A DNA stretch of 64,000 nucleotides from Gammaproteobacteria bacterium (GTDB lineage: Bacteria > Pseudomonadota > Gammaproteobacteria > Methylohalomonadales > Methylohalomonadaceae): contig JAXHLY010000008.1 of assembly GCA_034521715.1 (NCBI GenBank), positions 53,357-117,356 of the forward strand, read 5' to 3'. Shown in pieces: positions 1 to 10,137 of the stretch. The notes under the pieces are model-generated. The model saw only the letters and a program-made list of their open reading frames with translations. It was not told the origin of the DNA and ran no database searches. The position numbers and the translations under genes were made by a program. Every line of letters starts with the position of its first letter. Position 1 is the stretch's first letter.

Positions 1-159
1 GGCGACGGTGCATTTTATCCGATGATTACCGGTCGTGCCGAAGGCACCGGCCTGGGGCTGTCGATTGCGCAGTCCCTGATTCATGAACATGGAGGCCTGA
101 TTGAATATGAACGTCGTGACGGGAAAACCGTATTCAGCATCTCGATCCCGATGGAATGA
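1..159 (+). CDS. ntrB: Nitrogen regulation sensor kinase NtrB, C-terminal fragment (runs off window edge)
   Basis: Frame 1 reads FYPMITGRAEGTGLGLSIAQSLIHEHGG (HATPase G2 box); directly upstream of ntrC. Confidence 0.9.
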   Translation, partial: GDGAFYPMITGRAEGTGLGLSIAQSLIHEHGGLIEYERRDGKTVFSISIPME

Positions 160-166
160 TCAGCCG

Positions 167-1571
167 ATGACTGAAAGCAAGACAATCTGGATTGTTGACG
201 ATGATCGTTCCATTCGCTGGGTGCTGGAAAAGGCACTGGCGAAGGAATCACTGGAGACACGCAGTTTTGCCAGTGCCAGGGATGTGCTGAAGGCGCTCGA
301 TCAGGAAAGTCCCGATCTGATTATTTCAGACATCCGCATGCCGGAAGGCGACGGCCTGGAACTGATGGAAACGATCAAGGCACGTCTGCCGGATATTCCC
401 GTGATCATCATGACCGCCTATTCGGATCTGGACCGCGCGGTATCGGCATTCCGTGGCGGCGCTTTCGAATATCTTTCCAAGCCGTTCGATGTCGACGAGG
501 TCATCAGCCTGGTGAACCGGGCAATACGCCAGGAACAGGAATCCCGGCCACCAGCGCCGACATGGATGCCAACAGTATCGTGCCCGAGATTATCGGCTCG
601 GCGCCGGCCATGCAGGAGGTGTTCCGCGCCATAGGCCGGTTGTCGCGATCGAACCTGACGGTACTGATTACCGGCGAGTCCGGCACCGGCAAGGAACTGG
701 TCGCCCACGCCCTGCACCGGCACAGCCCGCGTGCCGACAACCATTTCATTGCTCTGAATACCGCCGCCATACCGCGTGAGCTGCTCGAATCCGAACTGTT
801 CGGCCATGAGAAGGGTGCCTTTACCGGCGCCACGGCACAGCGCATCGGCCGCTTCGAGCAGGCCCATGGCGGCACGCTGTTTCTGGATGAAATCGGCGAC
901 ATGCCGGCCGAACTGCAGACACGCCTGCTGCGTGTACTGGCCGATGGCGAGTTTTACCGTGTCGGCGGCCATGTCCCGATCAAGGTCGACGTGCGCGTGA
1001 TCGCGGCCACCCACCAGAATCTCGAACAGCGGGTCAGGGAAGGCAGTTTTCGCGACGACCTGCTGCACCGGCTGAATGTCATCCGCGTGCATGTACCGTC
1101 ACTGCGCGAACGCCGCCAGGATATAACGCTGCTCGCCGAGCATTTCCTGAAAAGCGCCGCGCGTGAACTCGATGTCGAACCCAAACAGCTGCTGCCGGAT
1201 ACCGCCGACTTTCTCAACACGCTTGACTGGCCGGGCAACGTAAGACAGCTGGAAAACTTCTGCCGCTGGGTAACGGTCATGGCCTCGGGCCAGCAGATAC
1301 ACATCGACGATCTGCCGCCGGAGCTGAAGGACAGCGCCGGTACTGAAGCCGCCAATGCCGATTGGGAGAGCCAGCTGCGTTCCTGGGCCGAATCCACCTG
1401 CAGCGGGGCGACGATCATCTGCTGGATAACGCCGTGCCGCGTTTCGAACGCATCATGATCGAAACCGCGCTGAAAATGACCGGCGGCCGACGCCAGGACG
1501 CCGCCAGGTTGCTCGGCTGGGGCCGCAACACCCTGACGCGCAAGATCAAGGAGCTGGGGCTGGAGCTGTAA
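167..1571 (+). CDS. ntrC: Nitrogen regulation response regulator NtrC (two apparent frameshifts, likely sequence errors)
   Basis: Receiver domain (IWIVDDDRSIRWVL), sigma54 AAA+ domain (GESGTGKE, GAFTGA) and Fis-type HTH (AARLLGWGRNTLTRK) split over three ORFs. Confidence 0.95.
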
Positions 1572-1586
1572 AACGGATCCGGGGTT

Positions 1587-2618
1587 TTAATTCAGCGTGT
1601 CGATGGGGCTTTTCACGCCCCGTCCGCCGCGGTTCAGCACATGCGTATAGATCATCGTCGTGTTGACATGCGAGTGCCCCATCAGCTCCTGCACCGTGCG
1701 GATGTCATAGCCGTTTTCCAGTAAATGCGTTGCGAAGGAATGCCGGAAAACATGGGCGGTGACGTGCTTGAGTATCCCGGCTTCCCTGACGGCTTTCCGT
1801 AGGGCACGTTCAATGGATTTTTTATGGATATGGTGTCGGCCTTTGTTACCGGTTACCGGATCGACCGACAGGTTCTCGCGAAGTAAAACAAACTGCCATT
1901 TCAATTCCCTGCCTGCATTCGGATATTTTTTGGCGAGGCGTCTGGCAGCATGAACATGCGTAATGCCAATCATTTGATCTTGGTCATGGTAGCGGCGTGT
2001 CTGTTCGATGGCAGCCTGAAGGCCCGGAATTACAAAATCGGGCAGCAGTCGTGATATCCCGATCCTTTCTGCCTTTGCCGGATCTCACCCAGAATTTCCT
2101 TTTTATCTGGAAAATCGACCGTCCAGAATTATGCCAGGGAATGGCGTATCTGAAAGACGCGAAGACCGGCGCACGCACGTGTAGCCCTGCCATCGTTTTG
2201 TAAGGTTGCCTGAGGCAGTTTAGAATAGCGCCTATCTCTTCGACGTACTGTGTGCCGTACGGGCAGGTGTTTGGGGACGCTTGGCATAAGAGAATGCCGG
2301 AATTTGCCCCGGATTCGATTTCCAATATCTGTTTGTAGCCACGGCACGATAGTGGCATAATCCTGACTCTGAAGTGGCACTGCAGCGACGCGTTCCCTTT
2401 CAGCCAGAGTAACTCAGGCATTCGCCGACTGCTGCCTCGGGCCCGAGGTGCGTCGTGGATGCTTGTTTGTCATCGAAACAGGATGTAATTCCTGATCCAG
2501 TAGATATAGGATTGTTCCGTCTTCGGTGAGTAGTGCAGATAGCGCATGCGGGTGCGAACCTGCTCGAGCAGACGGGGTCTGCGCTTGGCCTCCGTAGCAA
2601 TGCTTCCTGCCGATACAT
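1587..2618 (-). CDS. intI: Integron integrase IntI (multiple frameshifts in this sequence)
   Basis: N-terminus [28 protein letters not shown]; [10 protein letters not shown]; IntI-specific insert [15 protein letters not shown]...SVDPVTG; [27 protein letters not shown]...TTMIYTH. Confidence 0.93.
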
Positions 2619-2770
2619 TGAACAGATAATCCAACATTAAGTGTCATATAAACAAAATCTCGGACAGACACAGCAGCAAACTGGCTGAAATCAGTATAAT
2701 TATAGGCTGAAATCGGCAGGCAAGGCGTTGGAATGGGGCATTGAATGCCCCATTAAACAGATCAGCAAAG

Positions 2771-2800
2771 TGGACACCCTGGATAATGCCTGTCTATACT
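2771..2800 (+). promoter_or_regulatory. Candidate Pc cassette promoter (sigma70)
   Basis: TGGACA-N18-TATACT about 100 bp upstream of attI, pointing into the array. Confidence 0.4.
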
Positions 2801-2884
2801 TCAATGATGATTTAAGCCATTGATACATGGAGGTTTCTCTGCATACCCCCGCACAACCCCCTATATAATATTATCGGACAAACT

Positions 2885-2907
2885 GTCCTCTTAAACATAA
2901 GTTAGCG
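2885..2907 (+). other. attI recombination site
   Basis: CTCTTAAACATAAGTTAGCG resembles the attI simple site (cf. class 1 CCTAAAACAAAGTT); core GTTAGCG at 2901-2907 precedes the first cassette. Confidence 0.7.
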
Positions 2908-2908
2908 C

Positions 2909-3480
2909 TTGCATGGGCACTTTCGAATGATTGAGTCGTTTAAAAAAGACCTTGTAAATGACCATCTGTCACTGGTGGTTCAAAAATGGGTTATCGAGAA
3001 TGCGGACGCGTCTTTGAAGGCGCGTCAATTCGGCACGATGTGGTGTGGAAATCAAAGCTTGCTGAAAAGATTGGGGTTGATGGGCGAGCCGATCACTTTA
3101 ATTGGGAGATGCGATGTCTGGATTTAGTTTAAGCCCGGAGCAAAATTATCGTGAATTTGATGAACGATCTGATATCGATATTGCTATTGTTTCAGCTCGC
3201 CACTTTGAAATGGCATGGCACGCTATTAGGAATCTCGGGTCTGATATTCATCGATTAAATCAGCGTCAGCGTAACTCTTTGGCAGATCATAGGTTGCGCC
3301 TAATATACTGGGGGGCTTTTGATACAAAGCACTTACTGCCAAAATTACCCTTTGCAAAAATTTGGTTTGAGGCGTTCGAGGAGATGACCGCCGTAGACCC
3401 TACTCGTGATACGCCGACATTGATGCTCGCGCACATATCGCGATATTTGGATCGCCTTCTCCTGTAGTATCACGCTAGCA
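2909..3480 (+). CDS. Cassette 1 gene A: pol-beta-superfamily nucleotidyltransferase-like protein (frameshifted)
   Basis: ITLIG..GFSLSP...SDIDIAIVS resembles the hG[GS]...DxD nucleotidyltransferase motif; ORF pieces 2909-3127 and 3102-3467. Confidence 0.6.
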
Positions 3481-3531
3481 ACTGAAATGCCCTCTAACTT
3501 CTGCACTCGAAGCTAAGCAGCGGAAAAAGTC

Positions 3532-4628
3532 ATGAAAAATGCGTTTCTCAATACAACCACCAGGGAATGTTCACTGGCTAAGGAAGCGCGCATGCAGATT
3601 GGTGATGAGCTTTCAATGAAACCGCCTTTTCAAAGAAACCCGAGTTTGGGTTTGATCGGCGAAAGAGTTTCCGAATTGGGTGCGATCCTGTCAGGATTGC
3701 CAATACCCGAAGTATATATGCAGGATACTATAAGTGCTGACGGCGAGGCGAGGTATATCGTGAGCTGCAACTGCGGCAGCAGCGAATTAGAGCTGTGCTA
3801 CAAGTTTCTCTGAAGGTCGGAGTTCGGTGCATCGATCGGGAAGGGATGGCGCTCAGTGGGCTGATGTGTCGTTTGTTGATGATCGTTACACCGTCAGATG
3901 CTAAAAAGGAGATTTACCAATACGACTTCGTCGTACGCCAGCTTCCCTGAAATGGAAGAGTGTCGAGATTAGAGAGGTTTTTCAAAGACTGAATCGCAAC
4001 GTTGTCGCACTCAATAAGCAAGAGCTCCGCCAAGCAACATACTGGGGGCCGTTTATCGAACTGATGAACGATATATCAAATTGGGATGAGTGGTCAGATA
4101 TAAATATATTTTCTCCAAATGATATTCGCCGCATGCTCGATGTCGAATACATTAGTGAGCTATCGATTGCAATACTTAATGGACATCAAAACAAGAAGGC
4201 AAGTACTTGATGTTGCTGACGAAGCCTGTACGAGGAGGAGTTCGAAAAGACTCCAAGTATCTCAAAGGGAGTATTCAAAAAGGTATCGGAAGAGGTGATG
4301 CAAAATATTGCCGCAGATAGCGAAAACTCGATGGAGCACGACAACCTTGAGTACTCTTTTTCTTGCGTTTTCGAATATCGCGATGCGCTTCCTTTCGTCT
4401 TGCGAGATGTCGCGTCGAACCGCGAATCAAGTGCTCACGAATTTCGCTCAAGGAATCAATATGTTTGTTAAATCGGATGAGGAGGATCGGAGAGATATTC
4501 CAAGGCTTGTCAAGGATTATGGGGCTGGTATTCGCGCTAGTACGGACTTGGGTAGTCGACGAAGGCGATTTGAAGCGCTTGAGGAAAAGATGGGACGGAT
4601 GTGTTCTGGAATTGCTGAAGATGATTGA
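3532..4628 (+). CDS. Cassette 1 gene B: DUF262 (GmrSD/ParB-like) domain protein (heavily frameshifted)
   Basis: KPPFQRNP, ILSGLPIPEVYMQ, then a GQQR-like segment (ggcagcagcga), and IREVFQRLNRN...LNKQELRQA in alternate frames. Confidence 0.7.
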
Positions 4629-4630
4629 TT

Positions 4631-4708
4631 GCGCTGCAACAATAACGCTTGCGTGCGACGATAACTCCGCTGCGCTGCGTCTTTCGCCGCACAGCTAGGG
4701 CGTTAGCG
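4631..4708 (+). other. attC site 1 (degenerate left end)
   Basis: GCGCTGCAAC...imperfect palindrome...GTTAGCG. Confidence 0.65.
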
Positions 4709-4768
4709 CGCAAAGAGTTTTTGCCGATAAGAATCGAAAACCGGTAACTCGTTTACTATCATTTCTAT

Positions 4769-5077
4769 TTGTGTTTTGAGTTTTGTAACAGTACCGTTGG
4801 TTGCTTTATAGGACTCATTTTTGTTAAAGCAGGAACGACGGATCATCAGGGACTAAGTCACACTGAAACGCTGCTTATAACCCTCATGCTAATAGCAGGG
4901 CCTGTTTGGCATAGCGCTGCAGGCATGATTGCTCATTGGCTTGGTCGCAGGTGGTTGGTTTGGGTTGGCCTTGCATTTATTGTTCCATTTGCATCATTAG
5001 TAATTTTTCCACTAATGCTCCATCACATTAAAATAGAAAGACAATCCGAGACAGAATCTATTGTTTCTACACAATGA
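4769..5077 (+). CDS. Cassette 2 hypothetical membrane protein
   Basis: ORF with about 3 hydrophobic segments between attC1 and attC2. Confidence 0.5.
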   Translation: MCFEFCNSTVGCFIGLIFVKAGTTDHQGLSHTETLLITLMLIAGPVWHSAAGMIAHWLGRRWLVWVGLAFIVPFASLVIFPLMLHHIKIERQSETESIVSTQ

Positions 5078-5092
5078 AGGCCATACGCGACT

Positions 5093-5530
5093 ATGGGCAA
5101 AATTATGCATTGTGCTTCATGCGGGAGATGTGAAAATAATTACTGAAGAAGGATGCTCCCTATCTCTGATAAAGGCCGAAAGATGGTGCCCGATATGTGC
5201 TGACAACTTCGGGAAGAACTGAACGGAAGAAAATATATAAAGTTACCAAGCCCAGGTTTAATAATTGAAGGAGAAAGCAATGATGCACACATTGGCAGCT
5301 TGGGATGACCTGTTATATAAAAACGCTAAAGAAGAAGTAACTTGAAAAAGAAAGCAAAGATAGAAATTCAAAGAGCATGGTCAATTTGGGAAGAAGACAA
5401 AAATAGCGATATGGCTATGTTTTTGTTTTTTGCATAATTAACTCGATATCGGCTAATAGTTCCTCAAGCATTTTCCGATGTAAAGGTGATCCTTAGCAAA
5501 CAGTTCATTCATGGTTAATTCAATATGAAA
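5093..5530 (+). pseudogene. Cassette 2 second ORF, fragmented, possible zinc-ribbon protein
   Basis: MGKIMHCASCG and WCPIC CxxC pairs in broken frames; boundaries approximate. Confidence 0.3.
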
Positions 5531-5549
5531 GTAATCCAAAAACATAATT

Positions 5550-5618
5550 GCGCTAACAATGCACTCGAGAGGGACCGCCCAAAAAGCGGGCGGCCCCTCG
5601 GCTGGTTCGGTACAGCGG
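5550..5618 (+). other. attC site 2
   Basis: GCGCTAAC...CCGCCC AAAAAGC GGGCGG... with a degenerate right core (GGTACAGCGG). Confidence 0.7.
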
Positions 5619-5622
5619 CAAT

Positions 5623-6099
5623 ATGGAAAATACGAAATACAGACTAGGGTGGGTGATTTTTAGCTTATTTGTTTGGCTTCATCTCGCTCAAAATATATTA
5701 CCCTTACCATTACAAAGAGCTGATGATATTGAAATGCAGGCATCGGAAGCAGTTGCGAACTCTAATGCTTTAGCCGAGAAAGGTGTTGAGCGAGATGAAT
5801 ATATGCAAATGTCAAAGGGAGGATGGGAGGCAGAATTGACAGCATCTTATTGGTCAATTTGGATAATAAATTTTTTGTTCTTTCTGTTTGGTTTGGTTTC
5901 GACATTCTTCCTTGATAAAAATCTGAAAATATGGCCTGTCTTTTTAGGAGTGGTGTCAGTTTTATGTTTTGTTTATTTCTTATTGCCATATGTACGTATA
6001 GAATCTCCATTTATTGAGTGGACGAATTTCATGAAATTTGCGTTAGAAAAATCGCACTATTCATTGGCTTATATTCGTCTTTATGGCCGTTATATTTAA
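5623..6099 (+). CDS. Cassette 3 hypothetical membrane protein
   Basis: AT-rich ORF with several hydrophobic segments, bounded by attC sites. Confidence 0.55.
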   Translation: MENTKYRLGWVIFSLFVWLHLAQNILPLPLQRADDIEMQASEAVANSNALAEKGVERDEYMQMSKGGWEAELTASYWSIWIINFLFFLFGLVSTFFLDKNLKIWPVFLGVVSVLCFVYFLLPYVRIESPFIEWTNFMKFALEKSHYSLAYIRLYGRYI

Positions 6100-6155
6100 T
6101 AATTCTGTTTATTTTTTCGATATGGGTGCCATTGACCAATGGTAGGAAGCATTCC

Positions 6156-6218
6156 GCTTAACCAATCACTCCACACGGACGCGCAAAAAGCGCGCGCCCG
6201 TGAGTTCAATCGTTAGAT
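6156..6218 (+). other. attC site 3
   Basis: GCTTAAC...GCGCAAAAAGCGCGC...GTTAGAT. Confidence 0.85.
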
Positions 6219-6230
6219 GGCAAAATTAAC

Positions 6231-6524
6231 ATGAATAACGATACTGACAATCGCTCCCCGTCCTCTACTGAAGCTGATGGACAGGCAGAAAAACTTATGG
6301 AACAAAGAGAGCATGTTCTATGGTTTTTTGTTGCAATTCTTATAGTAGCGGAGATCGTTGTATATTACTTTAAACAGCCAGGCTGGATTGGAATAGTTGT
6401 GGCAATAGGCTGGTTGGGTATATTGCTAGCAAATGAACTAAAACTTATTTATCACGAACTAATCGAATTGAACGATCAAATTTCAGGACGTAAGGAAGAA
6501 TTCAAAAAGATAGTAAAAAAATGA
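6231..6524 (+). CDS. Cassette 4 gene A: two-TM protein with coiled-coil tail
   Basis: Two hydrophobic helices; ATGA overlap with the next gene. Confidence 0.6.
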   Translation: MNNDTDNRSPSSTEADGQAEKLMEQREHVLWFFVAILIVAEIVVYYFKQPGWIGIVVAIGWLGILLANELKLIYHELIELNDQISGRKEEFKKIVKK

Positions 6525-7036
6525 ACGAAGAAGGAAGCATCATTGAGAAAGCAACTGCCGAAGGATTTCTTCATCTATATAACAGACACTTCCGTACTAC
6601 TTTTGAGATTAAAGAATTGTCTGATACTCCCGATGTTAGATGTGGTGATACAGAAGGAAACGAATTAAATATTGAAGTCACACTGACACAAGATAGAGAC
6701 AAAGATATACAGGCACTTTTAGGTAGATCCGAACACAAAAGCATAAAATCTCTTGAAGAACATAATCAACGCGTGGCAGAAGGAAAGGAAACGCCGATGT
6801 TTAGCAGCCTATTTGGAAATGTCTGTGAAAATGCTGCTACAAAAATAAACAATAAATTACTAATGCGCTATGGACAAAATACCGCTCTAGTTGCTCGTGA
6901 CAGTTCTGGATGTGACTGGGAATGGAACGAAGTCACTGAAGAACTCAAAGGCAAACTGAAATTGAATAGCAATCCTTTTGATAAAGGAATTTGGATATTA
7001 AATTTCTCAAAGTCTAAATTATATCAGATAGTATGA
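6521..7036 (+). CDS. Cassette 4 gene B: hypothetical protein, possible PD-(D/E)XK nuclease fold
   Basis: E...SDTPDV...LNIEVT pattern. Confidence 0.5.
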   Translation: MNEEGSIIEKATAEGFLHLYNRHFRTTFEIKELSDTPDVRCGDTEGNELNIEVTLTQDRDKDIQALLGRSEHKSIKSLEEHNQRVAEGKETPMFSSLFGNVCENAATKINNKLLMRYGQNTALVARDSSGCDWEWNEVTEELKGKLKLNSNPFDKGIWILNFSKSKLYQIV

Positions 7037-7042
7037 TTTGCC

Positions 7043-7099
7043 ATCTAACCAAACACTTCAGCCGACCGCTAAAGCGGCGGCTGGGTTTTATCGTTAAAT
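7043..7099 (+). other. attC site 4
   Basis: ATCTAAC...CAGCCGACCGCTAAAGCGGCGGCTG...GTTAAAT. Confidence 0.88.
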
Positions 7100-7559
7100 G
7101 TCTATGATGGATCACGATAAATTCAGGCGCTTGGTTACGGAGTTGTACGCCACAGTCAATGAGCTAGAGGCAATGTTCCCTGGAAGGCACTTCACGCCGG
7201 ATGGCCATATGGTTGGCAGCTTAGGTGAATGTCTGGTTGCAGATGCGTATGACCTTGAGCTCAAAACGGCTTCGAATAAAGGCTATGACGCTGTCACCGA
7301 AAGTGGACTGGAAGTTGAAATTAAGGCCACACAATCCAACTCCGTCGCGTTCCGCAGTGAGCCGGAGCATACAATCATTATCAAGATATTGAATGACGGA
7401 ACCTTCGAGGAAGTTTACAACGGACCTGGCGCCCCTGTATGGCAGCTCTTTGAAGGTAAACGGCTACCGAGCAATGGCCAATTTCAGGTGTCTCTCAACA
7501 AGCTCCGGAAACTCAATCAAACAGTGGCTCAGGCAGACCGTGTGCCAAGGGCCATTTAA
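7098..7559 (+). CDS. Cassette 5: DUF6998-like protein with a PD-(D/E)XK nuclease-like motif
   Basis: FTPDGHMVGSLGE...GYDAV...EVEIKATQ. Confidence 0.6.
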   Translation: MSMMDHDKFRRLVTELYATVNELEAMFPGRHFTPDGHMVGSLGECLVADAYDLELKTASNKGYDAVTESGLEVEIKATQSNSVAFRSEPEHTIIIKILNDGTFEEVYNGPGAPVWQLFEGKRLPSNGQFQVSLNKLRKLNQTVAQADRVPRAI

Positions 7560-7638
7560 CAATCCAAGGCAGCGGGACATATTTTTGCTTCGCTGCGCTC
7601 AAAACGCAAAAATATGCCCCTGCTTGGGGGCGTTGGGC
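7554..7638 (+). other. attC site 5
   Basis: ATTTAAC...CATATTTTTGC...GCAAAAATATG...GTTGGGC. Confidence 0.88.
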
Positions 7639-7890
7639 ATGCAACTCCAAAGTGTTGGCCATTGAGGATCACGAGAAGTTGCGGTCGCAATCGTCCGACC
7701 CAAACGCCGGTTCGTCGATCGCGGCGCTCTCGGCATGAGGTGCTTCCTATAGCCAGATGCAGTGACCTGATGAAACGAGGGATATAGAGATGGGTGACAT
7801 CACCAGGCGAACAGTTTTACTTAGCGTTGCCGCCGTGACGGCAGGCAGTCTACTGCTCATGCAACACTACACCAATCAGGAGGTCCAGCC

Positions 7891-8425
7891 GTGGCTGATC
7901 CCAACCTGCAGCAGAAGCTCGATGCTATCTTCAACGCTCATATGGACGCCGAACTCTCCGGCAACCTCGACGAGACATTGGCGACGATGGCGCCCAATCC
8001 GCATCTCGTGAACGTGCCGACGATGGTCGGAAGGTCAGGGCCCGGAGAGCGTGCGAACGTTCTACGCGAAGCGGTTGATCAGGCCAGTTCTTCCCGCCCG
8101 ACGTAGAGTTCTAGACGATCTCGCGGACCTACGGTAAAGAACGGCTTGTCGATGAACTTATCATTTCCTTTACGCACACCACCAAGATCGATTGGATGCT
8201 CCCAGGCATCGATCCCACCGGCAAGCGTGTCGAAGTGGTCTTTGTCGTGATCGTCGGTATAGAAGGCGACAAGGTGGCCTACGAGCACGTTCTCTGGGAC
8301 CAGGCGAACGTCCTCGTGCAACTCGGCCTACTCTGAATCCGACCGGTCTCCCGGTCACCGGAGCCGGTGCGGCAGCGAAGCTCAGAAATCCTTCTTTGCC
8401 CGATTCGTTTTTCGGCGAAGGGTAG
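7891..8425 (+). CDS. Cassette 6: SnoaL/NTF2-like ester-cyclase-family protein (frameshifted)
   Basis: LDETLATM..PHLVNVPTM; LVDELIISFTHTTKIDWMLPGIDPTGKRVEV; YEHVLWDQANVLVQLG across frames. Confidence 0.7.
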
Positions 8426-8470
8426 AGGGGCATGGAAGTCAGTCGAAGAAACAGGCACCAGCATGTTCCG

Positions 8471-8530
8471 GCCCAACAACAGCATGCAGCGGACGGCGCT
8501 GCGCGCCGCCGCTGATGCTGAGCGTTACGT
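8471..8530 (+). other. attC site 6
   Basis: GCCCAAC AACAGCATGCAGCGGACGGCGC...GCCGCTGATGCTGAGC GTTACGT. Confidence 0.88.
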
Positions 8531-8545
8531 GCCACGGAGTTCACG

Positions 8546-8921
8546 ATGAAAAGTATTATAGCGTTGTTAGCCCTATCATCATTGGTCGCGTGTGCAAGCC
8601 AAATAATGAGAGCTGCATAGAAAGAGATGTACGGGAGTGGTGTTGGATTACGGACCGCCAGCTAACGCATTTGATATGGGGGGTGGCCGTCGAGCATTCC
8701 AATGGGTAATGGACAGTTCATACACTACCCCGACATACGCCACCACAACCGGCACAGCCACAACTATCGGTTACCAAACTTGGGTTAATTCAAATACCAC
8801 TATACACGGTGGTCAAACGATTAAGTCTAACTGTGTTTATACGCTCTTTGCAGCATGAGATGAACAAAGGCAGGGTTGGGTAGTTAAGGACTTCAAAAAA
8901 CCAAAATTAATGTGCGAGTAA
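8546..8921 (+). CDS. Cassette 7: putative lipoprotein (frameshift and in-frame TGA)
   Basis: MKSIIALLALSSLVAC lipobox, Thr-rich middle, C-terminal Cys residues. Confidence 0.55.
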
Positions 8922-8925
8922 TGGC

Positions 8926-9014
8926 ACCTAACCAGGCAGTTAACCGGACGCCAAAAGCGTGGCGCTTTTGGTTCCCTCCGCTGCGCTCCGGCGCCGGTTA
9001 CTTTTGCGTTCAGA
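8926..9014 (+). other. attC site 7
   Basis: ACCTAAC...TAACCGGACGCC...GGCGCCGGTTA...GTT; near-identical to attC17. Confidence 0.85.
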
Positions 9015-9021
9015 GGGCAAC

Positions 9022-9472
9022 ATGATTAATAAAGTTATTCCAATGCTGATTTGCATGCTGTTGATCGGTTACGTTCCACAATCATATGCGCAGGCTGACT
9101 TCCAAAGAGCATTAGATCTTTATCGGCAAGTCATTACAGGACAAAAGGAATTTGAAGAACTAAGCCCGGAAGAACAAAGAATGGTTATCATCATTCACCA
9201 ATCGCTTTCAGCCTCCGATGAAAACATCGAAGGATATGGATTTTTCACTACGCGATATAGAGAAGAAGTGCGAAGTCTATAAATACTCTGACTCATACGG
9301 GGATGTTGAATGTAGTGGCTCGTCACTTCGAGTCATCGAGAGGAAGTGTGAAGCTTATTTTTTCGACCCTCAGAACGGTGAACTTGAGTGCCGTGGCAGT
9401 GACTTAAGGGTAGTAGAGAGAAAGTGCTCAGTAAGCATGTACAGTGAAAGTTATGGCGATATTGATTGCTAA
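9022..9472 (+). CDS. Cassette 8: secreted protein with Cys-containing tandem repeats (one frameshift)
   Basis: Signal peptide ending SYA; three repeats of about 26 aa, LR.(I/V)E(K/R)KC.......G.(V/L/I).C. Confidence 0.55.
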
Positions 9473-9477
9473 AGGCT

Positions 9478-9541
9478 CTCTAACAATGGGCTCCAAGGGA
9501 CGCTCCGCTTCGCTGCGCGCCCTTGAGCCTGGGCGTTAGGG
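9478..9541 (+). other. attC site 8
   Basis: CTCTAAC AATGGGCTCCAAGGGACGC...GCCCTTGAGCC...GTTAGGG. Confidence 0.88.
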
Positions 9542-9851
9542 GCTAGTACGACCACGCCAGTAGCCAGGCTTTCGAGAATGATGAGCAAACGCCACAACGA
9601 TCAATTCATCGTCGCGTTGGACGACGACGATGTCGTATGGAAACCGGCGAAGAATGAGGCGCTTTGCGCCCTTACCGGCCGGAGCTTCCGGGCATAGGGG
9701 AAAGGGGAAGGAAACCGTCTTCTATAACATCAATGGCAGCCTCAATCGCTTCAGCAAACTCGGTGCCGAGGCCCTGTCGCTCCTTCTCATACCAATTCGC
9801 CGCTGCTTCAACCTCCTCGGCGGCTTGCCGCAGAATTCTTACTTTAGGCAC
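9536..9851 (-). pseudogene. Cassette 9: RelE/ParE-family toxin, one-base insertion near 9680
   Basis: MPKVRILRQAAEEVEAAANWYEKERQGLGTEF...RRFPYDIV...VAFAHHSRKPGYW; 316 bp, not a multiple of 3. Confidence 0.75.
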
Positions 9852-10090
9852 TACCGGCGCTCTAGTTTCGCGCCAATTCGCCTCCGAAATTCGGCCCGGT
9901 CCACCAATTCCGCCTGTCCGGCATCAATTTCCCCTATTCGGCGCGAAATCTCTTGGTCCCAGGCTTCTTCAGCCCCATTGTCGCGGGGCGCGTCGAGACT
10001 TTGGATCAAATCATGGGCCAATTCCGCCCGTTCGGCCTCCGAGAGCGCCAGAATCTGGGAGCGTAGGCTTTGTAGGGGTTCAGCAGTCAT
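9851..10090 (-). CDS. Cassette 9: addiction module antitoxin (putative addiction module component family)
   Basis: LALSEAERAELAHDLIQSLD...EEAWDQEISRR; translationally coupled to the toxin. Confidence 0.8.
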   Translation of the reverse strand: MTAEPLQSLRSQILALSEAERAELAHDLIQSLDAPRDNGAEEAWDQEISRRIGEIDAGQAELVDRAEFRRRIGAKLERR

Positions 10091-10137
10091 GAGGCCACCA
10101 AGAATCGGATTCCCAGACGTTTTATCGCCCCTCACCG

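Noticed and set aside
2605-2760. LexA box controlling intI; GGGGCATT-G-AATGCCCC palindrome near 2735-2751
   Set aside because: No convincing CTGT-N8-ACAG; the palindrome has no assignable role
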